A stretch of 64,000 nt of DNA from the NCBI GenBank assembly GCA_038231435.1, contig JBBRLJ010000010.1, positions 57,109 to 121,108 of the forward strand, given 5' to 3'. Made by a program: the position numbers and the translations under genes. Positions within the stretch are counted from its first letter, which is position 1. Every line of letters begins with the position of its first letter. The notes under the pieces were generated by a model. It had not been told where the DNA came from and searched no databases. It saw only the letters and a program-made list of their open reading frames with translations. The DNA comes from Planctomycetota bacterium. GTDB taxonomy: Bacteria > Planctomycetota > UBA11346. Shown here piece after piece: positions 17,705 to 28,382 of the stretch.

Positions 17705-19924
17705 ATGATGTTCCTCAACATCATGCTTGCAGGATTCGTCGCGCTCGGCGCGGTGCCGATCATCATCCACCTGCTGAACAAGCAGCGCTTCAAGGTGATC
17801 GAGTGGGCGGCGATCCAGTTCCTGCTCAAGACCCTGCAGAAGAACTCGAAGCGCCTGCAGATGCGCGACCTGATCCTGCTCGCGCTGCGCACCTGCGCGA
17901 TCGTGTTCGCGGCGCTCGCGCTCGCGCGCCCGACCATCGCCCCGGGGCGCTTCAGCCTGCTCGGCGGCGGAGGCGGGCTCAACAGCGTGGTGGTGCTCGA
18001 CAACAGCCTGTCGATGGGCTGCCTCGACGGCAACGACACACGCTTCAGCGTCGCCAAGGTCAAGGCCAAGGCGGTCATCGACCAGCTGCCGAAGGGCTCC
18101 GGCGCGGCGCTCGTGCTGATGAGCGACGTCGCCCAGGCGGAAGTCTCCGAGCCGAGCCATGATCTCGGCTTCGTCGCCGGCGCGATCGACAAGGCCGCTC
18201 TGTCCGACGGCGGCACCAGCCTCGCGGTGGCCCTGGCCAAGGCCTGGGACATCCTCAAGCACGTCGATGGCGCGCGTGAGATCTACATCTTCACTGACAT
18301 GCAGGCGAACGCCTGGCCGTCGACCGACGACGCTTCGTGGAAATCCCTCGCCGCCGAGATCGCGTCCCACAAGGACGTGCGCCTGTACCTCGCCGACGCC
18401 TCGCGGGCGATGGTCGACAACGTGTCGATCGACAGGCTCGAGCCCGAGGACGAGCTGGTCACGAGCGAAACGGATACCACCTTCATCGCCACGGTGCGCA
18501 ATCACGCCAGCGTCGGCTCCGCCGCGGCGGCGAACGTTGAAGTCGAGCTGCTAGTCGACGACGGCCGCGCGGGCGAACTGCGCAAGGCCGCCTCGACGGT
18601 CCTCGACCATCTTGACGGCACGCAGGAAGTGCGCCTCGAGACGCGTTTCGCCGAGGGTGGACGCCACCGCGTCCAGGCGCGCATCGGTGCGGACCACTTG
18701 CCGGCGGACAACGCGCGTTACTTGAGCGTGGACGTCATCGACCGCGTGCGCGTGCTGATCGTCGATGGCTCGTCAGAGGGGGGCTACGCGGGCGGCGCCG
18801 GATTCATCCGCGCCGCGCTCTCACCGGGCGCCGCCGTGGACGAGGAAGGCGTGGCCAAGAACCTCATCGACACCACCGTCATCGCGCCTGGAGCGCTCGC
18901 GGATACCGCGCTGGATACCTACCAGGCGGTGATACTCAGCGACGTCGCGGAGTTGCCGAGCAGCCTCGCCGACGGCCTGAAGGCCTTCGTCGCCAGCGGC
19001 AAGGGCCTGATCATCTTCCTCGGCGCCAACGTCAAGGCCGAGAGCTACAACGCCCAGCTCGGCGAGCGCGCGGGCGTGCTGCCGGCGCGCCTGAGCGCCA
19101 AGCCGATCGAGTTCCCCGGCGAGAACGGCACCAAGGGCATCGGCCTCTCTACCGCCGCCCTCACCCACCCGATCATGGCCTTCTTCGCCGACAAGGAGAC
19201 CCAGCCCTATCTGGCCCAGCCGCGCTTCTACCAGGCGTACACGCTCGAGGTCCCCGCGCCGCCGACTCCGGCCGCTGGCGCTCCCGCGTCGGACGCGTCG
19301 GTGGTGGTCGCGAGCTTCTCCGACGGCAAGCCCGCGCTGGTCGAGCGCGCCCTCGGCAACGGCTCGGTGCTGCTGTTCGCGGGCTCCGCGGACAAGGAGT
19401 GGTCCGATTTCCCGTTGCGTCCGGCCTTCCTGATGGTCACCCGGCGCGCCGTCCAGCATGTGGTGCTCTCGCGCCGTAACTCGCCCACGGTGCGCGTGCA
19501 CGACCCGATTGTTGCGATCCTGCCGGCGAAGGACGCGGGCGCGCGCCTGGCGACCCACGATCCGCGCGGTGGCGCCGGCGCGATCGCCGCGGTGCTGTCT
19601 CCCGACGGCCGCTCGGCCCGCGCCGAGATTCCGGACACGCCCTTCGCCGGTTTCTACGACCTCGCGCGCGAGGATGCGGTCCTGCGCTTCGCGGCCAACG
19701 CCCCACGCGACGAATCGATCCTCGACACGCTGTCGCCCGAGGCGCTGCGCGAGCGCAGCGCGGGGCTCGAATGGCAGCTGATCGCGTCCGAGAGCGATGT
19801 CGGCGCGCAGGTGACGCGCGGCCGCGTCGGCCGCGAGATCTGGCCGCTGCTGCTCGCGATTGTCGTCGGCTGCCTGCTCGCTGAATCAATCCTGGCGGCG
19901 CGCTGGGCGCCGAAGGGAGCATGA
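17705..19924 (+). CDS. BatA-like N-terminus + VWA domain membrane protein
   Basis: VPIIIHLLNK..WAAIQFL..LLALR..LARP; MIDAS LDNSLSM / GGTS / FTD; GATase-like middle; C-terminal REIWP TM helix. Confidence 0.9.
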   Translation: MMFLNIMLAGFVALGAVPIIIHLLNKQRFKVIEWAAIQFLLKTLQKNSKRLQMRDLILLALRTCAIVFAALALARPTIAPGRFSLLGGGGGLNSVVVLDNSLSMGCLDGNDTRFSVAKVKAKAVIDQLPKGSGAALVLMSDVAQAEVSEPSHDLGFVAGAIDKAALSDGGTSLAVALAKAWDILKHVDGAREIYIFTDMQANAWPSTDDASWKSLAAEIASHKDVRLYLADASRAMVDNVSIDRLEPEDELVTSETDTTFIATVRNHASVGSAAAANVEVELLVDDGRAGELRKAASTVLDHLDGTQEVRLETRFAEGGRHRVQARIGADHLPADNARYLSVDVIDRVRVLIVDGSSEGGYAGGAGFIRAALSPGAAVDEEGVAKNLIDTTVIAPGALADTALDTYQAVILSDVAELPSSLADGLKAFVASGKGLIIFLGANVKAESYNAQLGERAGVLPARLSAKPIEFPGENGTKGIGLSTAALTHPIMAFFADKETQPYLAQPRFYQAYTLEVPAPPTPAAGAPASDASVVVASFSDGKPALVERALGNGSVLLFAGSADKEWSDFPLRPAFLMVTRRAVQHVVLSRRNSPTVRVHDPIVAILPAKDAGARLATHDPRGGAGAIAAVLSPDGRSARAEIPDTPFAGFYDLAREDAVLRFAANAPRDESILDTLSPEALRERSAGLEWQLIASESDVGAQVTRGRVGREIWPLLLAIVVGCLLAESILAARWAPKGA

Positions 19925-19928
19925 GCCG

Positions 19929-22322
19929 ATGAAGCTGCTGCTCTGGCTGCTGTGCCTCGGCGATCCCACCAATGGCGGCGGTGAGATCCATGGGATCCAT
20001 TTCCCACGCCTGCAGACCCCGCTCATGCAGCTGGTGTTCGCACTGCTGCTGGTCGGCGCGGTGGCGATGGTGTGGTGGTTCTACCGCCGCGAGGCGTCGT
20101 ACGTGCCGACGAGCCGCAAGCGTCTGCTGTCCGGCCTGCGCGTCGGCGCGTGGATCGTCATCCTCTTCATCCTCACCGGGGCCTTCCTCGAAGTCACGCG
20201 CGCCGAGGACAGCAAGGGTAGCCTGCTGGTGCTGATCGACGCCTCGCAGTCCATGGGCATTGCAGACCGCCGCACCGAGCCGGCCGACATCGCCTCGGCG
20301 GTGAAGATCCTCGGCGAGGACCACCGTGCCGACGTCGACAAGGCCACGCGCACCGACCTGGTCAAGGCGGCCTTCGCTAGCAAGCAGCTCGACCCGCTAC
20401 GCGTGCTGAAGGACCGTTTCAAGGTCGAGGCCTACACCTTCGGCAAGACCGCGGCCGTGACCCCGTTCGAGCTGACGCCGATCGAGGCCGGCGGCGGCGG
20501 CGCCCTCGACAAGCTCGGCGCGCCCATGGACAACGCCACCCAGCTCGGCGCTGCCCTGCTCGACGCGGCTCGCCGCTCCAAGGGCCGCAAGCTCGACGGC
20601 ATCGTGGTGATCAGCGACGGCGGCTCGAACCGCGGCGACGATCCGGTCGAGGCCGCCAAGGCCATTGGCGCTCCGATCTACACCGTCGGCGTCGGCCTGC
20701 CCCAGGCCAAGGATCTCGAGATCCCGTTCCTGTTCTGCGAGGACGTGGTCTTCAAGAACGACCGCTTTCAGCTCAACGTGCGCATCAAGCAGCGCGGCTA
20801 CTCGGGTCGCCAGGCGACCCTGGTGATCAAGCGCATCGACGAGCAGAAGAACGAGGAAGTGGTCAAGGAGGAGCAAGTCGACCTCAACGACGATCTCGAA
20901 CGCATGCGCGCCGTCGAGGTGCTCCCCGACAAGGAGGGCGTCTTCACCTACGTGGCCGAGCTGACCGCATTCCCGGACGAAGCCGATATGCAGAACAACC
21001 GCCGCGCCAAGGTAGGGGTCAAGGTCGTCGACAAGAAGATCCGCGTGCTGATGATCGAGGATTCGCCGCGCTACGTGTATCGCTTCGTCAAGTCGATCCT
21101 CGAGGCCGACCGCCAGCGCATCGCGCCGACCTTCATCCTGCGCCAAGGCGACTCCGGCGGTCGCGGCGCCAAGACCATGCGCCAGTTCCCGACCGCGGCC
21201 GAGCTGCGCAACTTCGACGTGATCGTGCTCGGCGACATCGCGCCCGACTTCTTCTCGGACGACGAGTTCAAGGCGCTCGAGGAGTTCGTGCGCAAGGAAG
21301 GCGGTGGCCTGCTCGCCATCGCCGGCAGCAACCACATGCCCGGCCAGTACCAGAATTCGCCGCTCGCCGCGATGCTGCCGGTCGAGGTCGATACGATGGC
21401 GGCGCCCACCGTCGAGGACGAGCTGAGCCACACCATCAAGAACGGCTTCCGTCCGGTGGTGACCCCTGAAGGTTCGCGTTGGCCGCCGCTGCGCTTCTCG
21501 CCCGACGCAGGCGAGAACGAGCTGCAGTGGCGCCAGGCTGACCAGCTCTTCTGGTTCTATCCGTCGCGCAAGGTCAAGTCGGGCGCCACCACGCTGCTCG
21601 CGCATCCCGACCGCACCGTCGGCGACGCCAAGATGCCGATCCTCGCCAGCCAGCGCTACGGCAAGGGCCAGGTCGTCTACTTCGCGAGCGACGAGGCCTG
21701 GCGCTGGCGCTACCACCCGGGCGCGGCGCAGCACCGCCGCCTGTGGGGCCAGATGGTCAGCTCGCTCGCCATGGCGCACCTGCTCGGTTCGTCCGATCGC
21801 GCCCAGGTCGAGACCGACCGCTCCGAATATGCCGTTGGCGACCACGCCCAGATCATCGCCCGCCTGCTCGACAGCGGCTTCAACCCGGTCGCCGCCGACT
21901 CGGTGACCGCGACCGTCGAGCGCGAGCTCAGCCGCGACACCGTCACGCTCGGCGCGCGCAAGGATCAGCCGGGGGTGTTCAGCGGCGAATGGGTGCCCTC
22001 CGACGAAGGCCGTTGGCGGATCAGCGTCGAGAGCGGCGGCGAGACCGCCGACCGCGTGGTCTCGGTGGTCAATCCGCGCATCGAGTTCGAGGACATCGGT
22101 CAGCGCCAGGAGCTGCTCACGCGCATGGCGCAGGCCAGCGGCGGCGCCTACCTGCCGCTCGAGAACATCCAGGAGCTCGCCAAGGCGCTCACTGCCAAGG
22201 AGAAGTCCAGCAACCAGCGGCGCGCCGAGCGCACGCTGTGGAACGCCCCGGGCGTGATGATCCTGCTCACGCTGTTCCTGGGCAGCGAGTGGTTCCTGAG
22301 GAAGAGGTCGGATCTGCTATGA
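19929..22322 (+). CDS. VWA + glutamine-amidotransferase-like domain membrane protein
   Basis: N-terminal TMs; IDASQSM / NATQL / ISDG MIDAS; DVIVLGD..GGGLL..AG; YGKGQV..WRWR; C-terminal EWFLRK. Confidence 0.9.
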   Translation: MKLLLWLLCLGDPTNGGGEIHGIHFPRLQTPLMQLVFALLLVGAVAMVWWFYRREASYVPTSRKRLLSGLRVGAWIVILFILTGAFLEVTRAEDSKGSLLVLIDASQSMGIADRRTEPADIASAVKILGEDHRADVDKATRTDLVKAAFASKQLDPLRVLKDRFKVEAYTFGKTAAVTPFELTPIEAGGGGALDKLGAPMDNATQLGAALLDAARRSKGRKLDGIVVISDGGSNRGDDPVEAAKAIGAPIYTVGVGLPQAKDLEIPFLFCEDVVFKNDRFQLNVRIKQRGYSGRQATLVIKRIDEQKNEEVVKEEQVDLNDDLERMRAVEVLPDKEGVFTYVAELTAFPDEADMQNNRRAKVGVKVVDKKIRVLMIEDSPRYVYRFVKSILEADRQRIAPTFILRQGDSGGRGAKTMRQFPTAAELRNFDVIVLGDIAPDFFSDDEFKALEEFVRKEGGGLLAIAGSNHMPGQYQNSPLAAMLPVEVDTMAAPTVEDELSHTIKNGFRPVVTPEGSRWPPLRFSPDAGENELQWRQADQLFWFYPSRKVKSGATTLLAHPDRTVGDAKMPILASQRYGKGQVVYFASDEAWRWRYHPGAAQHRRLWGQMVSSLAMAHLLGSSDRAQVETDRSEYAVGDHAQIIARLLDSGFNPVAADSVTATVERELSRDTVTLGARKDQPGVFSGEWVPSDEGRWRISVESGGETADRVVSVVNPRIEFEDIGQRQELLTRMAQASGGAYLPLENIQELAKALTAKEKSSNQRRAERTLWNAPGVMILLTLFLGSEWFLRKRSDLL

Positions 22323-24181
22323 GCGACGTCCTGCTCGATCGCCTGGACGACGTGCGCAGCCGGCTGCGGCGCGTGCATCTGTTGGCTGGGGCCGCTCAAT
22401 GCCTGCTCGCCCTGATCGGGCTGCTCGCCGCGTTCTTCATCCTCGATTGGATGGTGCTGTCGCGCATCATCGGCGGCGGCGCCGGCGATCAGGTCGCGCG
22501 TGGCCTGCTGCTGCTCACGATGGTCGGCATGTTCGCTCTGGTGGTGGTGCGCACGATCGTCGCCGAGCTACGCACCCAGCGCAGCGACGATCAGATCGCC
22601 ATGCGCGTCGAGCGCAGCCATCCCGAGCTGCGCGGCCGGCTGATCTCGACGGTGCAGCTCACGCGCATGGCGGGCGATCACGGCACCATGGTTTCCGAGG
22701 AGATGATCGAGGCGCTCGAGGAGGAGACCGTCGGCTTCACCGAGGCCATCGATTTCGGTTCCATCATCAATCGCCGGCTGCTCAAACGCGTCGGTATCGC
22801 GGCGCTCGCCCTGCTGCTGTTGTCGGTCGGCCTGGGCTGGTGGCGTCGCGATTTCACCGGCGCGCTGCTCGCGCGCATGGCCCTGACGCGAACTGCCTAC
22901 CCCACCGCGGCCAGCATCATCGCGGTCAGTCATGGCGGCGTGGTCGGCAAGGGCGAGCCGTTCGCCATCGAGCTCGAGCTGGATCCGACGCGCAAGGTGC
23001 CGGACGAGGCGACCGCGGCGATCAGGCCAGTCGGGGGCAAGAACTCCGACCTCCAGCTCAAGCGCGTGCTCGATGCCCCGGACGGCCGCGTGCTGTTCCG
23101 CGGCTCGGTGGCGCAGGCGCTCGAGGATTTCGATTTCCGCCCCGCGGCGCTCGACGCCCGCTGGCCGACCTGGGAGCACGTGCGCGTGAACCAGCGTCCG
23201 ACGGTGAAGGCGCTATCGGTGACCAGCACCTTCCCGGCTTACCTGGCACGCGCGCCCGAGACCTCGGCGATCGGCGATCTGCGCGTCCCGGTTGGAACGG
23301 TGGTCAAGATCCACGCCATCCTCACCAAGGCGGTGACCGAGGCGACGCTGTCGCGCCGCACGCCCGTGAGGAAGGATCTGGCGAAGGAAGACGCGTCCAG
23401 GGACGAGGCGGCCGCAAAGGACGAGGCCACGCCCAACGACTCGAAGGACAACTCGAAAGACAACAAAGAGGGGGCGAAGGATCCGGGCCCGCGCGAACAG
23501 GAGTCGACCTCGCCGATGGAGCTCGATGCCACCCGTACCGCAGCTGACGCGACGCTCTCGATCGACGCGAACGGCTCGTACGCCATCCGGTTGCGCGACG
23601 CCGATGGCTTCGAGAACGCCTCGCCCATTTCTTACACCATCACCGCCATCCCCGACCGTGTGCCCACGGTGACGATCCAGTACCCGGCCCAGGACAAGTC
23701 GGCCGCCAAGTACGCGCAGTGGCCGATCCGCTTCAGCGCCCGCGACGACCACTCGATCAGCAAGGGCTGGCTGAAGTACGTGATCGCCGATCCCGATGCC
23801 GTCGGCGCCGGCCAGGAGGCCGCCCTGGCGCTCGCCACCTCGTCGACGACGGCCGAGGCCGCCGCCAAGTCGATCGAGCTCGAGGGTCTGGCCCAGCCGG
23901 GCGAGACCCAGATCGCCCGTCAGGTGCTGTTCGACCTCTCACGGCTGAACCTGGTCGAGGGCCAGCGGGTGACCTACTGGATCGATGTCTCCGACAACCG
24001 CCTCCCGGAGCCCAATATCGGCTCCAGTCCGCACTTCTCGTTCACGGTGGTCGACCTCGCCACCCTGAAGGAGCAGTTCGAACGCGATCGGGCTGAACTG
24101 CTTGGAACGATTAAGACGCTCCGGGACAAGCAGAAGGAGGTCCACGACGCCGTGGACACGGTCCGCAAGCAGGTCCCCTAG
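22319..24181 (+). CDS. DUF4175-like membrane protein (N-terminal TMs + Ig-like domains)
   Basis: ATG 22319 overlaps the previous stop (ATGA); three TM segments; A.RVERSHPELRGRLISTVQL; P.Y, D..P.V, A.DD motifs typical of this PVC operon member. Confidence 0.75.
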   Translation: MSDVLLDRLDDVRSRLRRVHLLAGAAQCLLALIGLLAAFFILDWMVLSRIIGGGAGDQVARGLLLLTMVGMFALVVVRTIVAELRTQRSDDQIAMRVERSHPELRGRLISTVQLTRMAGDHGTMVSEEMIEALEEETVGFTEAIDFGSIINRRLLKRVGIAALALLLLSVGLGWWRRDFTGALLARMALTRTAYPTAASIIAVSHGGVVGKGEPFAIELELDPTRKVPDEATAAIRPVGGKNSDLQLKRVLDAPDGRVLFRGSVAQALEDFDFRPAALDARWPTWEHVRVNQRPTVKALSVTSTFPAYLARAPETSAIGDLRVPVGTVVKIHAILTKAVTEATLSRRTPVRKDLAKEDASRDEAAAKDEATPNDSKDNSKDNKEGAKDPGPREQESTSPMELDATRTAADATLSIDANGSYAIRLRDADGFENASPISYTITAIPDRVPTVTIQYPAQDKSAAKYAQWPIRFSARDDHSISKGWLKYVIADPDAVGAGQEAALALATSSTTAEAAAKSIELEGLAQPGETQIARQVLFDLSRLNLVEGQRVTYWIDVSDNRLPEPNIGSSPHFSFTVVDLATLKEQFERDRAELLGTIKTLRDKQKEVHDAVDTVRKQVP

Positions 24182-24298
24182 GCTCTTGGAGATGGTCCCG
24201 GTCCGGGGCCCGAAGCTCATTCGCCGTCCGAATCTACGTCACAAACGCAGATGAATCACCGTTCAGCTCAGTTAGCATCCATCGCCATTGGAGCCCCC

Positions 24299-26047
24299 AT
24301 GACCCCGACCCTACGCGCTCTCCTCGGCCTCGGTCTCGCTGCTGGCGCCATCGCCGCGGATCCGAACCAGGCGGTTGATCGAGAAGTCCGTGACCAGGAG
24401 TCGAGCCAGCGGGGCGTCGCCAGCCTGACCTCCACCACCGGCAAGCAGATGGACTCGTTGGTCGATGAATTCACCTTCAACAAGATCGGCGACGAGAAGC
24501 AGGCCGAGTCGCTCACCGCGATATCGCAATCGCTCGCGCGCCTGACCGATCCCGCGGCCGGCGACACCGAGAAGAACATGCCTTGGGTGCAGAACCGCCT
24601 GACCGCGGCGCGCTCCTCGGACGACAAGGCCGGAGAGCTGACCAAGGCGTCCCAGGGCCAGGGCGAGATCCTCGCCAAGATGGACACGCTCTTGGCCAAC
24701 GCGCAGAAGGAGTTCGGCGCGATCGGCAAGAAGCAGGATCTCCAGGACCTGCAGCGCGAGCAGAAGCGACTCCAGGACGAGACCGCGAAGCTCGCTGACA
24801 AGACCCTCGGCAAGACCGAGAAGGACCTGACCGTCCAGGAGAAGGTCGAGAAGGACCGCATCGCCCAACAGCAGAAGAAGCTCGAGGACACCCTCAAGGA
24901 GGCGATCGACCAGCTCAAGGACCAGGCCAAGCAGCAAGCCAAGGAAGATCCCAAGCAGGCCGAGAAGACCGACCAGGCGGCCAAGGATCTCGAGCAGAAG
25001 AAGGTCGATCAGGATCTCCAGAAGGCGACCGACGCCATCAAGGACAACAAGCTTGAGCAGGCCCAGCAGGAGCAGCAGAAGGTCCTCGACAAGCTCGAGC
25101 AGGCCCAGCAGCAGATGCAGGACCAGCAGAAGCCCGACCAGACCATGGCGGACCTCGAGAAGCAGATGGATAAGCTCGACGACCTGCAGAAGAAGCAGCA
25201 GGACGTCCTCGACAAGACCCAGAAGGCCGACCCCAAGAACGACAAGGACATGAAGCAGCTCCAGAGCCAGGAACAGAAGCTCGCGTCCGAGATGAAGGAC
25301 ACCCCGAATCTTCCCGAGGCGGCCAAGCACGCCGACGACGCTCAGCAGGAGCTCGGCAAGCAGGAGCAGAAGCCCGCCGCCGATGACATGAAGAAGGCCC
25401 TCTCCGAGATCGACAAGGCCAAGCAGGATCTGCAGCAGAAGATGGACGAGATGAAGCCCGATCCGTCGCTGGCCGAGCTCGACCAGCAGCTCAGCCAGCT
25501 CGAGGACCTGCAGAAGCAGCAGCAGCAGCTGCTCGACAATGCCGAGAAGCTGAGCCCCCAGAGCAAGCAGCAGGAGTTCAACCAGCTCCAGTCGCAGCAG
25601 AAGGAGGTCGCCTCCGACATGAAGGATATGAAGAACCTTCCCGAGGCCGCGAAGGATGCCGATGCCGCCGAGAAGGAGCTCGGCAAGATGCAGCAGAAGC
25701 CCGCGACCGACGACATGAAGAAGGCGCTCGGCGAGATGGACAAGGCCAAGCAGGATCTGCAGCAGCAGATCGCCCAGAAGCAGGGCAAGGACGGCAAGGA
25801 CAAGCCGGGCAAGCCCGGCAAGCCGACCAAGCCGATGAAGAAGCCCGGCAAGGAGACGCCCAAGACGGCCTCGCTCGAAGAAGGCGAACTCGACAAGAAC
25901 AAGGGCAACGCGGCGTGGAAGGTGGGCCTGCAGCCGGGCGAGCGCGAAACGCTCAGCAACAGCGCCGGCGAGAAGTTCCCGCACAAGTACGAGCAGGCGC
26001 TCTCGCAGTACTACCGCGATCTCGCTGCCGGCGAGCAGTCCAAGTGA
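24299..26047 (+). CDS. Secreted Q/K/D/E-rich coiled-coil protein with a 108-aa internal duplication
   Basis: MTPTLRALLGLGLAAGAIAA signal peptide, GGAG upstream; repeat units start at 25133 and 25457; C-terminal FPHKYEQALSQYYRDLA. Confidence 0.85.
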   Translation: MTPTLRALLGLGLAAGAIAADPNQAVDREVRDQESSQRGVASLTSTTGKQMDSLVDEFTFNKIGDEKQAESLTAISQSLARLTDPAAGDTEKNMPWVQNRLTAARSSDDKAGELTKASQGQGEILAKMDTLLANAQKEFGAIGKKQDLQDLQREQKRLQDETAKLADKTLGKTEKDLTVQEKVEKDRIAQQQKKLEDTLKEAIDQLKDQAKQQAKEDPKQAEKTDQAAKDLEQKKVDQDLQKATDAIKDNKLEQAQQEQQKVLDKLEQAQQQMQDQQKPDQTMADLEKQMDKLDDLQKKQQDVLDKTQKADPKNDKDMKQLQSQEQKLASEMKDTPNLPEAAKHADDAQQELGKQEQKPAADDMKKALSEIDKAKQDLQQKMDEMKPDPSLAELDQQLSQLEDLQKQQQQLLDNAEKLSPQSKQQEFNQLQSQQKEVASDMKDMKNLPEAAKDADAAEKELGKMQQKPATDDMKKALGEMDKAKQDLQQQIAQKQGKDGKDKPGKPGKPTKPMKKPGKETPKTASLEEGELDKNKGNAAWKVGLQPGERETLSNSAGEKFPHKYEQALSQYYRDLAAGEQSK

Positions 26048-27087
26048 TCAAGCGCGCGCTGCTGGCTCCGCTGGCGGCCATCGCCGCCATGGCGCTGGCC
26101 TGCGCGCCGCTGCGCGCCGTCGATAACGCCGACGACATGCAGCCCGCTTCCGCCGCGGCGCTGAAGAAGGGCCTCGCCTTCCTCGCGACTACGCAGCGGC
26201 CTGACGGGTCGTGGGCGACCTGGGGTGCGCCGACCACCGGCGTGGCCGCGGCCTGCACGCTCTCGTTCCTGGCCAACGGGCACGTGCCCGGCAGCGGCGA
26301 GTATGGACAGGTTGTCTCCAAGGCCCTGCAGTTCCTCATCCGCAACGCCCAGCCGAGCGGCCTGATCTACAAGAACGGCATGGGCCCGTTTCCGATGTAT
26401 CACCACGGGCTGGCGACGCTGGCGATCGCCGAGTCGTGGGGCGAATCCTCTGACCCGCGCATGCGTGAAGTCCTCAAGCGTGCGGTGGATCTGATCTGCT
26501 CGTGCCAAAACCAGCGCGGCGGGTGGCGCTATCAGCCGCGCGTCGCCGACGATGACCTGTCGGCGACGGTCATGCAGCTGATGGCCCTGCGCGCCGCGAA
26601 GGACGCCGGCATCGATGTGCCGAAGGAAGTCATCGACGCGGGCGTCGAATACGTGAAGTCGTGCCACAACAGCCGCGGCCAGGGCAAGGACGGCGGCTTC
26701 GCCTACACGCCGGGCGGCGAGTCCGGTTTCGCGCGAGCCGGAGCCGGCGTCACCTCGCTGCAGGTGGCGGGCAACTACAAGGCCACCGAGATCAGCGAGG
26801 GCGTCGACTACATCCTCAAGTTCAAGCCCCTCGGCACCCAGACCACCGACCAGAACTTCTACTATTACGGACTCTACTACTCCACCATGGGCATCTACCA
26901 GGCGCAGAGCATCGGCGCCTGGGGCCGGAAGGCCTGGGCCTCGTGGTACCCGGCGGTGATCAAGGATCTCGCGGCCACCCAGAAGCCCGAAGGCAAATGG
27001 GACGGCCCGTACGACCAGTTCTCTACCGCCATGCCGCTGCTGATCCTGGCCATCCCGTGCCGGTACCTGCCGATCTACCAGCGGTGA
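26044..27087 (+). CDS. Prenyltransferase/squalene oxidase repeat (alpha/alpha-barrel) protein, secreted
   Basis: GTG start overlapping the previous stop; signal peptide; QW-like repeats FLATTQRPDGSW, CQNQRGGWRY, DGGFAY, TQKPEGKW; C-terminal YLPIYQR. Confidence 0.88.
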   Translation: MIKRALLAPLAAIAAMALACAPLRAVDNADDMQPASAAALKKGLAFLATTQRPDGSWATWGAPTTGVAAACTLSFLANGHVPGSGEYGQVVSKALQFLIRNAQPSGLIYKNGMGPFPMYHHGLATLAIAESWGESSDPRMREVLKRAVDLICSCQNQRGGWRYQPRVADDDLSATVMQLMALRAAKDAGIDVPKEVIDAGVEYVKSCHNSRGQGKDGGFAYTPGGESGFARAGAGVTSLQVAGNYKATEISEGVDYILKFKPLGTQTTDQNFYYYGLYYSTMGIYQAQSIGAWGRKAWASWYPAVIKDLAATQKPEGKWDGPYDQFSTAMPLLILAIPCRYLPIYQR

Positions 27088-28382
27088 TCCGCGTGCATCG
27101 ACCCGGCCGCGTCGCATCCCTCGTCATGCTGCTAACCTTGGGGGCCACCGCGGCGGCCGCCGAGGCGGCGCCTCCGCGCGAGAAGCCGAAACCCTTGAAG
27201 CCGCCTCCGGCGTCATCGGCGCCTGCTGCGTCCGCGACGAGCCCGGCACTGCCGGCGGCACCACCAGGCGCTCAACCGGGGAAGCTCGCAAGCGTCGCTC
27301 CGCGGGTGGCCGCGCCCGAGGTGTCATCGTTGCTCACCGCCGACGGCAAGCGGGTCACTGGCACGCCGAAGCTCGCGTCTGGCAAGCTGTCGCTCGGCGA
27401 CGACGCTGGCGTCGCGGTCGATCGCGTCATCGCCCTCGACTGTCCGGGCGATCTCGCCGGCTGGTTCGACATCGGCGTGGTGTTCGCGAACGGCGATGTC
27501 CTCCACGGCGTGCCACGCAGCCTGCAGGACGGCAAGATCGACTTCGCGTGCGACGTCCTCGGGCCGCTGAAACTCTCGTCGGCCGACGTGGCTGCGATCA
27601 TCTTCTCGCCGATCCACTCCTGCGACGCCCTCGCCAGCCAAGGCGATTTCGCCGGTGTCGTGCTCGCCAACGGCGATCGCGTGAAAGGCGTTCCCGCGTT
27701 CGTGAATGAGCAGAACGTCGGCCTCGATACCGGGCGCAAGGTCCTGCAGATGCCGCGCGAGCGCATCCGCATGCTGGTGCTGAGGCCGCCCATGCCGGCG
27801 ATCGGTGAGCGCACACGCCAAGTGGTGTGGCTCGCCAACGGCGACCGCCTCGGTGGCACTCTGTCGTCCTTGTCCGGAGATGGCTTCACCCTCGATGGCC
27901 CGCACGGCGTGCTGAAGCTGCCCGCGGCGTCGCTGCGCGCCATGTGGAGCGAAGGCGGAGTCCTCACGCCGCTGGACTCGCTCACGCCAGCATCCGTCGT
28001 CGAGACGCCGCAGTTCGATGCGCATGTCGGCATCTCCATCGATCGCGGCCCCGACGGCTGGCTGTCGATCGGCGGCCGCCGCTACGCCCGTGCCATCGCC
28101 TGCCATGCCACCAGCACGTGCTCCTACGATCTGGCGGGAAAATACTCATCGTTCGTGGCCGAGGTTGGTCTCGCCTCCGGGCCGGGCAGCGCGGTGCTGA
28201 AGGTGGTGGTGGACGGCAAGACGGCCTTCGACAGCGGCGCGGTGACTTCCGCCGACAAACCCCGCGCGCTCTGCGTGTCGGTGGCGAGCGCCCGCGAACT
28301 GCGCCTGGTGGTCGAGGCCGGAGCGGATGGCGATGCGGTCGGCGACCGCGCGGTCTGGGGCTGGCCGACGCTCATCAGATGA
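27084..28382 (+). CDS. Secreted protein with L.NGD...G repeats and C-terminal NPCBM/NEW2 domain
   Basis: Signal-like N-terminus; repeated FANGD/LANGD; C-terminal IGGRRY..IACHA..YDLAG..VVVDGK..FDSG..LRLVV..DRAVW. Start GTG 27084 or ATG 27126. Confidence 0.8.
   Translation: MIRVHRPGRVASLVMLLTLGATAAAAEAAPPREKPKPLKPPPASSAPAASATSPALPAAPPGAQPGKLASVAPRVAAPEVSSLLTADGKRVTGTPKLASGKLSLGDDAGVAVDRVIALDCPGDLAGWFDIGVVFANGDVLHGVPRSLQDGKIDFACDVLGPLKLSSADVAAIIFSPIHSCDALASQGDFAGVVLANGDRVKGVPAFVNEQNVGLDTGRKVLQMPRERIRMLVLRPPMPAIGERTRQVVWLANGDRLGGTLSSLSGDGFTLDGPHGVLKLPAASLRAMWSEGGVLTPLDSLTPASVVETPQFDAHVGISIDRGPDGWLSIGGRRYARAIACHATSTCSYDLAGKYSSFVAEVGLASGPGSAVLKVVVDGKTAFDSGAVTSADKPRALCVSVASARELRLVVEAGADGDAVGDRAVWGWPTLIR

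Noticed and set aside
26044..27087. Squalene-hopene cyclase / terpene biosynthesis
   Set aside because: Single ~350-aa barrel with a signal peptide, no canonical DxDDTA context and no isoprenoid genes nearby; it fits the non-cyclase repeat proteins of MoxR operons.
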